Positions 19,462 through 30,000 of a stretch of DNA of 64,000 nucleotides are shown one piece after another. Source of the DNA: Trueperaceae bacterium (GTDB lineage: Bacteria; Deinococcota; Deinococci; Deinococcales; Trueperaceae); NCBI GenBank assembly GCA_965214405.1, contig OZ243956.1, positions 4,032,001 through 4,096,000 on the forward strand. Direction: 5' to 3'. The notes beneath the pieces were generated by a model. The model searched no databases. It was not told the DNA's origin and saw only the letters and a list, made by a program, of their open reading frames with translations. Each line of letters starts with the position of its first letter. The stretch's first letter is position 1. The position numbers and the translations under genes were made by a program.

Positions 19462-20124
19462 TCAGTTCTGCCGCATCCGTCCCTCATCGAAGACACACTT
19501 GCCCAAGAAGTTGATGTGCGCAAAGCGCGCAGGCCACACCCTCGCTAAATCTTCCTCTTTAATCTCCAAGCCTTTGCGCTCGAGTTCCCCCGCAATTTTG
19601 GTGATGTGCATGGTGTTAAATACCACCACGGCGTTCGTCACGAGGTTCAAACAGGCGAACTGCTGGTCGAGTGCTTCATCTTCTTTACCGGGTATCTCGC
19701 CGTACTCGCCGAACACGATGGTTCTCCTCAGCCCGTGTAGCGCCTCGCCCTTATTGAACTGTTTGCTAACACGCTTGCGCGTGGCGGGGTCGGCATACCA
19801 ACGCAGGATGTGAATCGTCTTCTCTAAGCGCCCGTACTCCTGCAAGGCCCTGGTGATCGGATGCTGCCGCGGGTACGCCTGCAACTTGTTGATGAGGAGT
19901 GACGCGGTGCAGTACCCCTTTTTTAGCGACAACGCGACGCGCAGCATCTCGTCCCAGTAGTCCGTTACAGTTGCCTCGTTCAGCACCTTGTTGAGGTGAG
20001 GTTTCAAAGTGTCGACCTCGTTCATCTCAAAGCTCTGGGGTCGGTAGAGTTGCTGGTCCGCTAAGTCCCTAATTCTTGGGGAGAAGGTCAGCCCTAGCAA
20101 GCCGAACAGCCCAAAGATGAGTTC
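19462..20124 (-). pseudogene. tnpA: Tn3-family transposase, C-terminal fragment
   Basis: ELIFGLFGLLG.TFSPRIRDL, ALQEYGRLEKT, NKGEALHGL, LNLVTNAVVVFNT and HINFLG motifs; about 220 of ~990 aa remain. Confidence 0.9.
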
Positions 20125-20126
20125 CA

Positions 20127-20204
20127 GTCAAGCTCAAGTTTCTGGAAACAAAGAGCTTTGCGTCGGGCGTTGTCTTACAGCGTTACGCGCCAGACAAAGC
20201 GTGA
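20127..20204 (+). pseudogene. 3' remnant of a dihydrofolate-reductase-family (RibD C-terminal) gene
   Basis: Reads VKLKFLETKSFASGVVLQRYAPDKA*, resembling the L.L.E...F.SGVV.L.Y C-terminus of this family. It begins at the tnpA breakpoint. Confidence 0.6.
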
Positions 20205-20282
20205 GGCGTCCTCCTGCACCTGCCCAAGCGCAAAAGGTTGTCCAAACTTGAAGGCGTCTGCAGGGTTGACTTTAGTTGTGTG

Positions 20283-20304
20283 AACGCCCGCGTCTGCCGC
20301 ACAA
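20283..20304 (+). repeat. Putative recombination site, copy 1 (diverged)
   Basis: AACGCCCGCGTCTGCCGCACAA; 19/22 identical to copy 3. Confidence 0.6.
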
Positions 20305-20399
20305 CAAGCAAACCTGTAGGTGATCAGCTTTCGCAAAGGCTGCAGAATCCTGTGATTCTACTCTGTCAATAATCTGTCAACGTATTGTAAACTCTTGCT

Positions 20400-20771
20400 A
20401 TGAGCAACACCGCGACTAACCTAATGTTTGGCGTACCGACGGTTCACGACGAGACGGGTGACATCCAAGTTGAAGAGCTAGCCAGTCTCTTCGAGGTCAG
20501 CCAGGCTAAACTCGCCCGCATGTCAGGCGTAAGCCGTCAGCTTTTGCATCAGTCCCCGCGCTCAGTCAAGGTACAACGCGCGCTGAGGCGTTTAGAGTAC
20601 CTCTTTGCCCGAACCCGCAATCTCACAGGTTCACCTGTTCATGCACGTATTTGGCTCAAGATGGGGCACCCCGACCTCGAGGGCCTCGCACCCGTCGAGC
20701 TGTTAGAAGAGGGACATATAGAGGCAGTCGAGGACTTTTTGCTCTCTATCGAGACGGGCTCGCCCCGTTGA
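20400..20771 (+). CDS. Xre/MbcA/ParS-type antitoxin (DUF2384-like)
   Basis: HTH-like N-terminal half; ARIWLKMGHPDLEGLAPVELL C-terminal domain; stop overlaps the toxin start. Confidence 0.85.
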   Translation: MSNTATNLMFGVPTVHDETGDIQVEELASLFEVSQAKLARMSGVSRQLLHQSPRSVKVQRALRRLEYLFARTRNLTGSPVHARIWLKMGHPDLEGLAPVELLEEGHIEAVEDFLLSIETGSPR

Positions 20772-21325
20772 GCGAGCGCTTAACGCGTTTAACCTTACTC
20801 AAACCCTTCGCCCTAACGGGTACGGCTTTTCGCGCGGTGAACCTGCGCTACGTCGAGACGCCGCTCTCTGCCGTGGGCTCGATCCTCACTGGCGGGCGTT
20901 ATAACCCTAAGGGTGCGTTTGAGGTGCTCTATCTAGCGGAGAATGCCACCACGACCCTGCTCGAGGTGCAGTTCGCGGCGAGCAGCGGTGGGCGCTTTCA
21001 AGCCCAACCTAAAGACCCTTACGTCATCTTCAGTGTTGCTTTCGAGCTTCAGAGGCTGGTCGACCTACACGACGCCGAAAACCTCGCGGACCTCGGTTTA
21101 TCACCGGAAGACCTCCAACGACCCTGGCGCTTGAAGCAGGCGCGTGGCGAAAGGGTTTTCACGCAGGAGATAGGTCAGGCGCTGCTCACTCTCGGTCACG
21201 AAGGGTTTAAGTACCCGTCGGCAACTGACGGCACGGCGAACTTAGCGGTATTTCCCGCCAACCTCAAGCCGGGGAGCTATCTGAAGATTAGCTGGGAGGG
21301 GCGCACGCTGGCAAGAGTGCCGTAG
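20768..21325 (+). CDS. RES-domain toxin (NAD+ phosphorylase family)
   Basis: AFR, GGRYNP, VLYLAE...TLLE, TQEIG, YPSA and NLAVFP motifs; TTG start in TTGA overlap. Confidence 0.88.
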   Translation: MSERLTRLTLLKPFALTGTAFRAVNLRYVETPLSAVGSILTGGRYNPKGAFEVLYLAENATTTLLEVQFAASSGGRFQAQPKDPYVIFSVAFELQRLVDLHDAENLADLGLSPEDLQRPWRLKQARGERVFTQEIGQALLTLGHEGFKYPSATDGTANLAVFPANLKPGSYLKISWEGRTLARVP

Positions 21326-21341
21326 CGTGTTCGTGACAACT

Positions 21342-21375
21342 CTTCTGCGGTTAACGCGCGCATCTCACGCACAAG
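21342..21375 (+). repeat. Putative recombination site, copy 2
   Basis: CTTCTGCGGTTAACGCGCGCATCTCACGCACAAG; 30/34 identical to copy 3. Confidence 0.8.
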
Positions 21376-21479
21376 GTTCGCTTTTCATCACTGAATTAGC
21401 GAATGTCATGCTGCCTTGCATGTGAGGTATAACGGCTTCATGATGCTGATAAACTTTAGCCAATACATCCGGGACCGGC

Positions 21480-22532
21480 ATGGCGATGGCGCGTGAGCTG
21501 CTGCCTGAGGGCTACACGCCCTTCCTAAGCGAACTAAAAACGCGCATCCGCCAAGCTCAGAGCCGCACCGCTTTGGCCATCAATAGTGCCCTAATCGAGC
21601 TCTACTGGGGTATCGGCGAGATGATTGTTCAGCAACAAGAAAGCGCCCAGTGGGGTGACAGCGTCCTTGGTCGACTCAGTGAAGATTTGCAGCAGGACTT
21701 CCCAGGACTCAAAGGCTTCTCCCGCCGCAACCTCTACCGGATGCGGGCGTTTTACCTCGCTTATCGCGAACAACCCAAGTTTGTGCCACAGGTTGTGGCA
21801 CAAATCCCTTGGGGGCACAATACGCTCCTTTTAGAGAAGATTAAGGAGCCTAAGCTGCGTGAATGGTATGCCCGCGCCACCATCCAGAACGGTTGGAGCC
21901 GAGCCGTGCTCGAAGCCCAGATCGAGACCCAACTGCACAAACGGCAGGGCGCGGCGCTCTCAAATTTCGACAAGACCTTGCCCGCGCCACAATCTGAACT
22001 CGCACAGCAAGTTCTCAAAGACCCCTACAACTTTGACTTTTTGAGCTTGCACGACGTAGCCGTTGAGCGCGACTTAGAGCGCGGTCTCCTCGAGCACCTT
22101 AAGGCCTTTATGCTCGAGCTGGGCGTCGGCTTCTCGTTCGTAGGCAGCCAGGTCCACTTAGAGGTCGGCGGCGAAGACTTCTACTTGGACCTGCTCTTCT
22201 ATCATCTCAAGCTCCGCTGCTTCGTCGTCATCGACCTCAAAATGACGGCGTTCAAGCCAGAGTACGCGGGCAAGATGAACTTCTACCTCTCGGCGGTCGA
22301 TGACCTCATGCGGCATCCGCAAGACGAGCTAAGCATCGGCATTTTGCTGTGTAAAAGCAAGAACGAAGTGATCGCTGAGTATGCCCTACGTGACGTTAGC
22401 AAACCGCTGGGCGTGGCGGAGTATCGGCTCGCCGAGGCTTTGCCGGAGAAGTTAGAGGGAAGCCTTCCTACTATTGAAGAATTAGAGGCAGAGCTTGAGG
22501 GGTTAGAAGGCGAAGGTACGCAACCGTCGTAG
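21480..22532 (+). CDS. DUF1016/YhcG-family PD-(D/E)XK nuclease-domain protein
   Basis: LYWGIG, GFSRRNLYRMRAFY, KDPYNFDFL, DLLFYHLKLRCFVVIDLK and GKMNFYLSAVDD motifs. Confidence 0.93.
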   Translation: MAMARELLPEGYTPFLSELKTRIRQAQSRTALAINSALIELYWGIGEMIVQQQESAQWGDSVLGRLSEDLQQDFPGLKGFSRRNLYRMRAFYLAYREQPKFVPQVVAQIPWGHNTLLLEKIKEPKLREWYARATIQNGWSRAVLEAQIETQLHKRQGAALSNFDKTLPAPQSELAQQVLKDPYNFDFLSLHDVAVERDLERGLLEHLKAFMLELGVGFSFVGSQVHLEVGGEDFYLDLLFYHLKLRCFVVIDLKMTAFKPEYAGKMNFYLSAVDDLMRHPQDELSIGILLCKSKNEVIAEYALRDVSKPLGVAEYRLAEALPEKLEGSLPTIEELEAELEGLEGEGTQPS

Positions 22533-22533
22533 C

Positions 22534-23421
22534 CTATTGCGGAAAGTGTCTCCTGTAAAGCATCTGCCGCGACTCGCCCGAGAGATTGACATAGAGCTGC
22601 GTTGTAGTAGGCGAGGCATGACCGAGGATGGATTGAACTGCTGCGATTGGCGCTCCCTGATTCAGTAATAGCGTGGCAAGCGTGTGGCGCAGCACGTGCG
22701 GCGTCACTTTCTCCTCTAGCCCGCAACGCTCAGCAACCCGCTTGAAGATGCGCTGCATCTGCGAGGTGCTGAGGCGTTGATGTTGCAGCGTTCCATCTTT
22801 CTGTCGCCTACAGCGCTTCGTCACAAATAGCGCGAGGCAGTTGTCCGAGCGGTTATCAAGATAACGTTTGAGCCATAAGGCGGCTTTCGCTCCAAAATAC
22901 ACCTCGCGCTCCTTGTTCCCTTTGCCGAGCACCACGACACTCCGGCGCGACCAATCGAGGTCGATGCGGTCGAGATGACGAATCTCGCTCACCCTACAGC
23001 CTGTGGCGAAGAAAAACTCGACGAGGGCGTGCTCCAGCAGACTTTCGCAGGCGTCACGTAGCAGCTCAACCTCTTCAACGGAGAGGGCTTTCGGTATCCT
23101 GGAAGGTAAACGAGGCTCCCTCAGCTTCAGTGCAGGGTTGCGCTCCAACACCCCTTCCTCATAGAGCCACTTGAAAAACGCTTTGAGCGCGCGAACTTTG
23201 TTCGCCAAACTCGAGGTCTGTAGATGCGTCAAGCTCGTGAGGTGGGCGCGCAGATGCTCGAGCCCGATCTTTGCGACGGTGGTTTCACCTCCCACGTCCG
23301 ATATCAAACGTTTTAGGTGCAGTTTGTAGGAGTAGAGCGTCTTGTCACTGTAGCCGTCTAGCTTGCGGGCTTTAAGGTAGGCGGAGACGCATCTTGCCAA
23401 TGTGTCAACTTCTCTTTCCAT
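22534..23421 (-). CDS. XerC/D-like tyrosine recombinase (non-IntI)
   Basis: SAM-like N-domain; TGCRVSE, GKGNKER, PHVLRH and LGH...TTQLY catalytic residues; ATG 23421 with GGAGG. Confidence 0.9.
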   Translation of the reverse strand: MEREVDTLARCVSAYLKARKLDGYSDKTLYSYKLHLKRLISDVGGETTVAKIGLEHLRAHLTSLTHLQTSSLANKVRALKAFFKWLYEEGVLERNPALKLREPRLPSRIPKALSVEEVELLRDACESLLEHALVEFFFATGCRVSEIRHLDRIDLDWSRRSVVVLGKGNKEREVYFGAKAALWLKRYLDNRSDNCLALFVTKRCRRQKDGTLQHQRLSTSQMQRIFKRVAERCGLEEKVTPHVLRHTLATLLLNQGAPIAAVQSILGHASPTTTQLYVNLSGESRQMLYRRHFPQ

Positions 23422-23485
23422 GAAAAACCTCCGAGCTGTAGTCTGCACGGAGGTTCGCTTTGAGCTATTTTCAAGGATCGACGCG

Positions 23486-23519
23486 CTTCTGCAACTAACG
23501 CGCGCGTCTCACGCACAAG
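23486..23519 (+). repeat. Putative recombination site, copy 3 (upstream of recombinase)
   Basis: CTTCTGCAACTAACGCGCGCGTCTCACGCACAAG. Confidence 0.8.
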
Positions 23520-24081
23520 AACGAGTTCGGCCGCCTGATACGCTTGTTATGGTCATGCCAGGAGCATCAGGGTAAACAGACACCCTCACCTGTTATGAGG
23601 TCTACGGGCTCGAGAACCGCCCCGGCGACGTTGAGGCGTGCCTTGAGGGCCTCGCGTTTGTTGACCCCTTCATCGCGTCCTGCTCCTTTACCAACGTGGA
23701 TCGTTTAATTCATGGCTACCGCAGAGGCACTTGACATGCTTGTGGGTGGGGCGTAGCTCCTGTTTCCTTCCAGGTTCTAATGGCCCCATACCCTTCTCGC
23801 GTACGCCCCTACCTCACAGGCTTCCGAGGCTCCCTCGTAAGGTGTGAGCAGCCTTGTGAATTATTTGTCTCGTGGTCAGGCTCGAGCCTCCTTGTGAACT
23901 ATTCAGCGGCCCTTTGTTTAGGGTGACAGTTACTATCTCGAACAGGTTTTTGCCCCTGTTTGGACAAGCCCTAGCGTAATTTCCCGCCTTTTCCACGCTA
24001 ATCAGCAGGCTTATTGCGCGAGTGGCAGGGCCAACTGTTTAGAGGCCGCTGAGGAGGAGTTATGGAAGCTGTTCACGTTGA

Positions 24082-27000
24082 GTGCTGCCTGTGCTAGCGC
24101 CGACCCGTTATCTGCGGCTACTCGCGGTAGTCCTACTGCTGGGCGGACTGGGGCTCGGCTACGCCCAGGACCCCTTTAGCAAACGCCACAGCGAAAATGA
24201 AAAAGGCGACATCCAGATAGTCGGCAACACCCTGATGACCTGTATCGACGGGACGACCGACACCTACACCGGTAATTCTGCCTTGTGTCAGGATGCCCAG
24301 CAGGGTTTAGCGCCCGCTGCCAACAACGGCTTCACGATGCGGTACGTGAACGTCGATACCAGCGGCGCACCTCCGTCAACAACTATTTTCAACTCGAGTA
24401 CCGCGGACTTTACTCTGCCCCCCGACGCGACGGTCAAGTGGGCGGGGCTCTACTGGTCGGGACGCAAATCGGCGGGCGGGGGCGGCAGTATAGCCCCCGC
24501 CCCCGCCAACGATGAAAACACCGTCCTGCTACGCGTGCCGGGGGGCGGCTACCAGAGCCTCACGGCCGACGAACTGAGCACCAGCGGGGACACCTTTAGC
24601 GGTTTCAAAGAGGTCACCCCTCAGGTTGCGGCGGGGGGCAGCGGCACCTACGCGGTGGCGAACGTCCAAGCCGCCACGGGTAGGGACCGTTACGCCGCCT
24701 GGAGCCTCGTTATCGTGTACGCGGACCCCAGCCAAACGCTGCGCAACTTGAGCGTTTTCGACGGCTTGGTGACCATTGGCAGCACCGCGGACGTCATCAA
24801 CGTCAGCGGGTTCCTGACCCCTAACAGCGGTCCGGTCAGATCAACCGTCGGCATCGTATCTAACGAGGGGGACAGCGGCATCCCCGGCGACGGGGCGTCG
24901 CTAAAGGGCGGGAGTAGCGCGACACCCACACCGCTGTCCGACGTGGTGAACCCGGCGACAAACTACTTCAACAGCACCATCTCACGCTTCGGCGCGCACG
25001 TCACGGCGAAAAATCCCAACTACGTGGACCAGTTGGGCAGCGACATTGACGTGCTCGACGCGAGCAACATCCTCCGCAACCGGGAAACGAGTGCGGCCAT
25101 CAACCTAACGACGTCCGGCGACGTTTACTATCCCAGCGTCGTCACCTTCGTCACCGACATCGAGCCGGTCTTGACCGTGACCAAAACTTACACCGATGTC
25201 AACGGGGGCAACGTTAATATCACGGACGAACTCGAATACACCCTGCTCATCGAGAGCACCGGGGTCGACACCGCGAACAGCGTCGTCTTAAAGGACGCCG
25301 TCCCCGAGTTCACGACCTACGTGCCGGGTAGCATAGAAGTCATCAGCGGTGCCAACAGCGGTGCGAAAACAGACGCCAGCGGGGACGACCAGGCTGCGTA
25401 CGACAGCACCGGCGACGAGCTGACCTTTTATCTGGGCACGGGCGCGACGGCGGGGGGCGGCGGCACCATCGCCGTGGGTGAGTCCACCACGATTCGCTTC
25501 CGCGTGTCGGTCGACCCCAACACGCCCGACGGCTATGAAATCGTCAACTTCGCCCGCGTGGACTACACCGGGCAGGCGACCGGGGTGGGCTACGCGGACA
25601 CGAGTTCCGTCGCCGCCGTGGCGGTCACCAACCCCGACAGCGACGGCGACGGCAACCCCGACTTTTTTGACATTGACGACGACAACGACGGCATCTTGGA
25701 CGTCGACGAGGGCGCGGGGGACGCGGACGGGGACGGCGTGCCCGACGCGCTCGACATCGACAGCGACAACGACGGGTTGAGCGACTTGCTCGAGTCGCAA
25801 GGCGACCTGCCGACCGTCATCTACCCGACCGGCACCGACGCCGACAACGACGGCTTGGACGACGCCTTCGATAGCGACACCGGCAGCAACGACCCCGCCG
25901 CCAGCCGCCCCACCTACACCGTAACGCTGCTCGACTCGGACAGCGACGGCAACCCGGACCACCTAGACATCGACAGCGACAACGACGGCTTGACCGACCT
26001 AGACGAAGCGTTCGACACCGACGGCGACGGCAAGGCGGACACGGTTCCGGCGAACGCTGACCTCGACAACGACGGGCTGGACGACGCCTTCGACACCTAC
26101 GACAACACCACGCCCAGCGGCACCGCCAACACGAACGCGGGGAGCAGCAACGCCGCGCCCGCCAACAGCGACGGCGACGCCCGGCCCAATCACTTAGACA
26201 TCGACAGTGACGACGACGGTTTGACCGACCTAGACGAAGCGTTCGACACCGACGGCGACGGCAAAGCGGACGTCACCCCGACAGCGGCCGACGCGGACGG
26301 CGACGGCATGGTGGACGCTTTCGACAACGACGACGCAAATGTCAATCCTGTAGCGAGCGCCGCTCCCGTACCACCCACAAACAGTGACGCAGATAGTAGA
26401 GCCAACCACCTCGACATCGACTCAGACGGGGACGGCATCACCGACACGAATGAAGCCTTCGATACGGACGGCGACGGGCAGGCGGACACGACTCCGACCA
26501 ATGCGGACGCCGACGGGGACGGGCTGGACGACGGTTTCGACAACGCCGACACAGACCCTGCCCCCGTGGCGAGCGCCGCCCCCATCCCGCCGACGAACAG
26601 CGACGCGGATGGCCGCGCGAACCACCTCGACATCGACGCGGACGACGACGGCATCCCTGACAATATCGAAGCTCAGGCCACCGCAGGGTATACCCCTCCT
26701 ACAGGTAACGACGCCGACGGGGACGGGCTGGACGACGCCTACGATGCGGACGACGGGAACACCGACCCGTTCGTCAGCGCGGGGCTCACGCCTGAGAACA
26801 CCGACGGGAGCGACAACGCCGATTTTCTGGACGGTGATAGCGACAACGACACCGTGCCCGACCTCAACGAAGGCCGCCAGGGCACGCCCAGCGGCGCGGA
26901 CGCCGACAACGACGGGCTGGACGACGGCTTTGACACGGTAGGCGGCGCGGACGTCAACGACGACATCGACGACCCCACCGACCCCGCCCAACTCCCTGAC

Positions 27001-30000
27001 GCGGACGGCGACGCGGGCGGGGGCGGCGCGAACGGGGACGCCGACTACCGCGAGGTGGACGCCGACGGGAACGGCATTCCTGATGCGGTCGAAGCGGGCG
27101 CGGACCCCACCAACCCGGTCGACACGGACGGCGACGGCGTGCCCGACTACGCCGACTTGGACAACGACAACGACGGCATTTTAGACGCGACCGAACTCGG
27201 TCCTGACCCGACTAACCCACGTGACACGGACGGGGACGGGACGCCCGACTACCTGGACCTCGACGCGGACAACGACGGGATAACGGACGCCCTCGAGACC
27301 GGCAGCCCCGACGCGAACGGTGACGCCATTATCGACGGCTTTGTCGATACCAACGGCAACGGCCTCGCTGACAGCGTCGACCCCGCCCTGGGCAATCCGG
27401 CGGTCACGCCGCCGAACTTTGACGGCGACACGCAACCCGACTACTTAGACCTCGATGCGGACGACGACGGCATCGTCGACCTCATAGAGGCGGGGGGCAA
27501 CGACTTGGACCGCGACGGGACCGTCGACGGCTTTGTCGACACGGACGGCGACGGCTTGGCGGACGCCGTCGACCCGACGCTCGCGCTCAACCCCGGCACC
27601 CCGCTGCCCGTCCCGAACAGCGACGGTAACGGTGGGCCGGATTACTTAGACATCGACGCGGACGACGACGGCATCCCCGACAACATCGAGGCGCAGCCTA
27701 CGTTGGGGTACGTTCCTCCTGCGGGCAGTGACGCGGATGGCGACGGTTTGGACGACGCCTACGACGGCTATGACGACGACGGGGACGCGGGTACGCCTGG
27801 GGTGAGTGGGCTCGAGCCCCAAAACACCGACGGCGCGGACGTTCCCGACTACCTGGATGCCGATTCCGACAACGACACCGCGCCCGACGTCGCCGAGGGC
27901 GGGCGCGGCACCTTTGTGGGCAGCGACGCGGACGGCGACGGGCTGGACGACGGCTTCGACCGCGTCCCGGGACGCGACGTCAACGACGACATTAGCGACC
28001 CGGTCACCGACCTCCCCGACGCCGAGGGCGACGCGGGCGACGGCGGCGGGGCGGACGTGGATTACCGCGCCACCGACGACACCGACGGCGACGGCGTCGT
28101 CGATTCGGTTGACTTGGACGACGACAACGACGGCATTCCTGATACGGTCGAGGGCGTAAGCGACACCGACGGCGACGGCGTGCCGGACGCGCGCGACCGC
28201 GACTCGGACAACGACGGCATCCCCGACGTGACCGAGGCAGGTGGCACGGACGCAGATGGGGACGGCGTCATCGACGGCTTTACTGATGCCAATAACGACG
28301 GGTTGCACGACCCCCTCGCCGCCACCCCGCTCCCCGTGCCCGACACAGACGGGGATGGCAAGCCGAATTACCTAGACATCGACAGTGACGACGATGGGAT
28401 AACCGACACCACCGAGGCAGGTGCAACACCTGGACTGCCCATCAACAGTGACGGCGACGCCCTCCCCGACTACCTTGACATCGACGCGGACGACGACGGC
28501 ATTCCCGACAATATAGAAGCGCAGCCAACCGTGGGCTACGTTTTGCCGAGTGGCGTCGATGCCGACGGCGACGGTTTAGACGACGCCTACGACGCCGACC
28601 CCGCTGACAGATCCCCGGCGGCGAGCGGGGTGAGCCCGCGAAACACCGACGGCGCGGACGCCCCCGATTACTTGGATGCCGACTCGGACAACGACGGGTT
28701 GACCGATGTTGTTGAGGGCGGCCGGGGCACGCCCGTGAACGCCGATGCGGACGGGGACGGCTTAGACGACGGCTTCGACCGCGTGCCTGGACGCGACGTC
28801 AACGACGACCTGAGCGACCCCTCGAGCGAGCTGCCCGACGACGACGGCGACGCGAACGCTGGCGGCAACGTGGACTACCGCGACAACGACGACAACGATG
28901 GCGACGGCGTCCCCGACATAGTCGACCTGGACGATGACAATGACGGGATTCCCGATACCGACGAGGGCGCGCCCACCGCTGATTTTGATGGCGACGGCGT
29001 TCCCAACAGGTTCGACGCCGACTCGGATAACGACGGCGTCCCGGACGTGACCGAGGCGGGCGGTGTGGACGCCGACGGGGACGGCGTGGTTGACGGCTTT
29101 ACCGATGCCAACAACGACGGTCTGCATGACCCCCTCGCGGCTACCCCGCTGCCCGTGCCCGACACGGACGGGGACGGCCACGCAAACTACCTGGATATTG
29201 ATTCTGACGGCGACGGCCTGAGCGACACCACCGAAGCCGGAACGGACCCGACGCGCCCTGCGGACGGCGACAACGATGGCGTTGACGATTACCTGGACAT
29301 CGACGCGGACGACGACGGCATCCCCGACAACGTCGAAGCGCAAACGACCGTGGGCTACCTGCCGCCGAGCGGCGTGGACGCGGACGGCGACGGGTTGGAC
29401 GACGCCTATGACGCGGCCACGAATAACAAGTCTGAAGCGGCAAGCGCGGGCCTGGCACCCGAAAACACGGACGGCGTAGACGCTCCCGACTATTTGGACA
29501 GCGACTCTGACAACGACGGTCTGAGCGACGTTGCCGAGGGAGGACGGGGGACGCCGACCGGCGCGGACGCGGACGGCGACGGTCTGGACGACGGCTTCGA
29601 CCGGGTGCCCGGACACGACGTCAATGACGACATCACCTCCCCCGCCGCCGCGCTTCCGGACGACGACGGCGACGTGAACGCGGGCGGCGACGTGGACTAC
29701 CGCGACAACGACGATGCGGACGGGGACGGCGTCCCCAACACGACCGACTTAGACGACGACAACGACGGCATCCCCGACACTGTAGAGGGCATCACCGACA
29801 GCGACGGAGATGGTATTCCCAACAGCCTCGACCGTGACAGCGACAACGACGGCATTCCCGACGCGGTTGAAGCCGGGGGCGAGGACCCCGACGGCGACGG
29901 TGTCATCGGCGTGGGCACCCCCGCCGACGTCGACGGCGACGGCTTACCCGACACGGTAGACCCCGACCAGGGCGGGACGCCCTTACCCGTACCCGACACC

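Noticed and set aside
20283..23519. Classical integron (IntI/attC) or CRISPR interpretation of the repeats
   Set aside because: No IntI-specific insertion and no attC hairpin ending in GTTRRRY. The spacing is gene-sized (1-2 kb) and there are no cas genes.
23549..23734. ORF following site 3
   Set aside because: Has an in-frame TAA at codon 9 and no recognisable family; treated only as a possible degenerate cargo.
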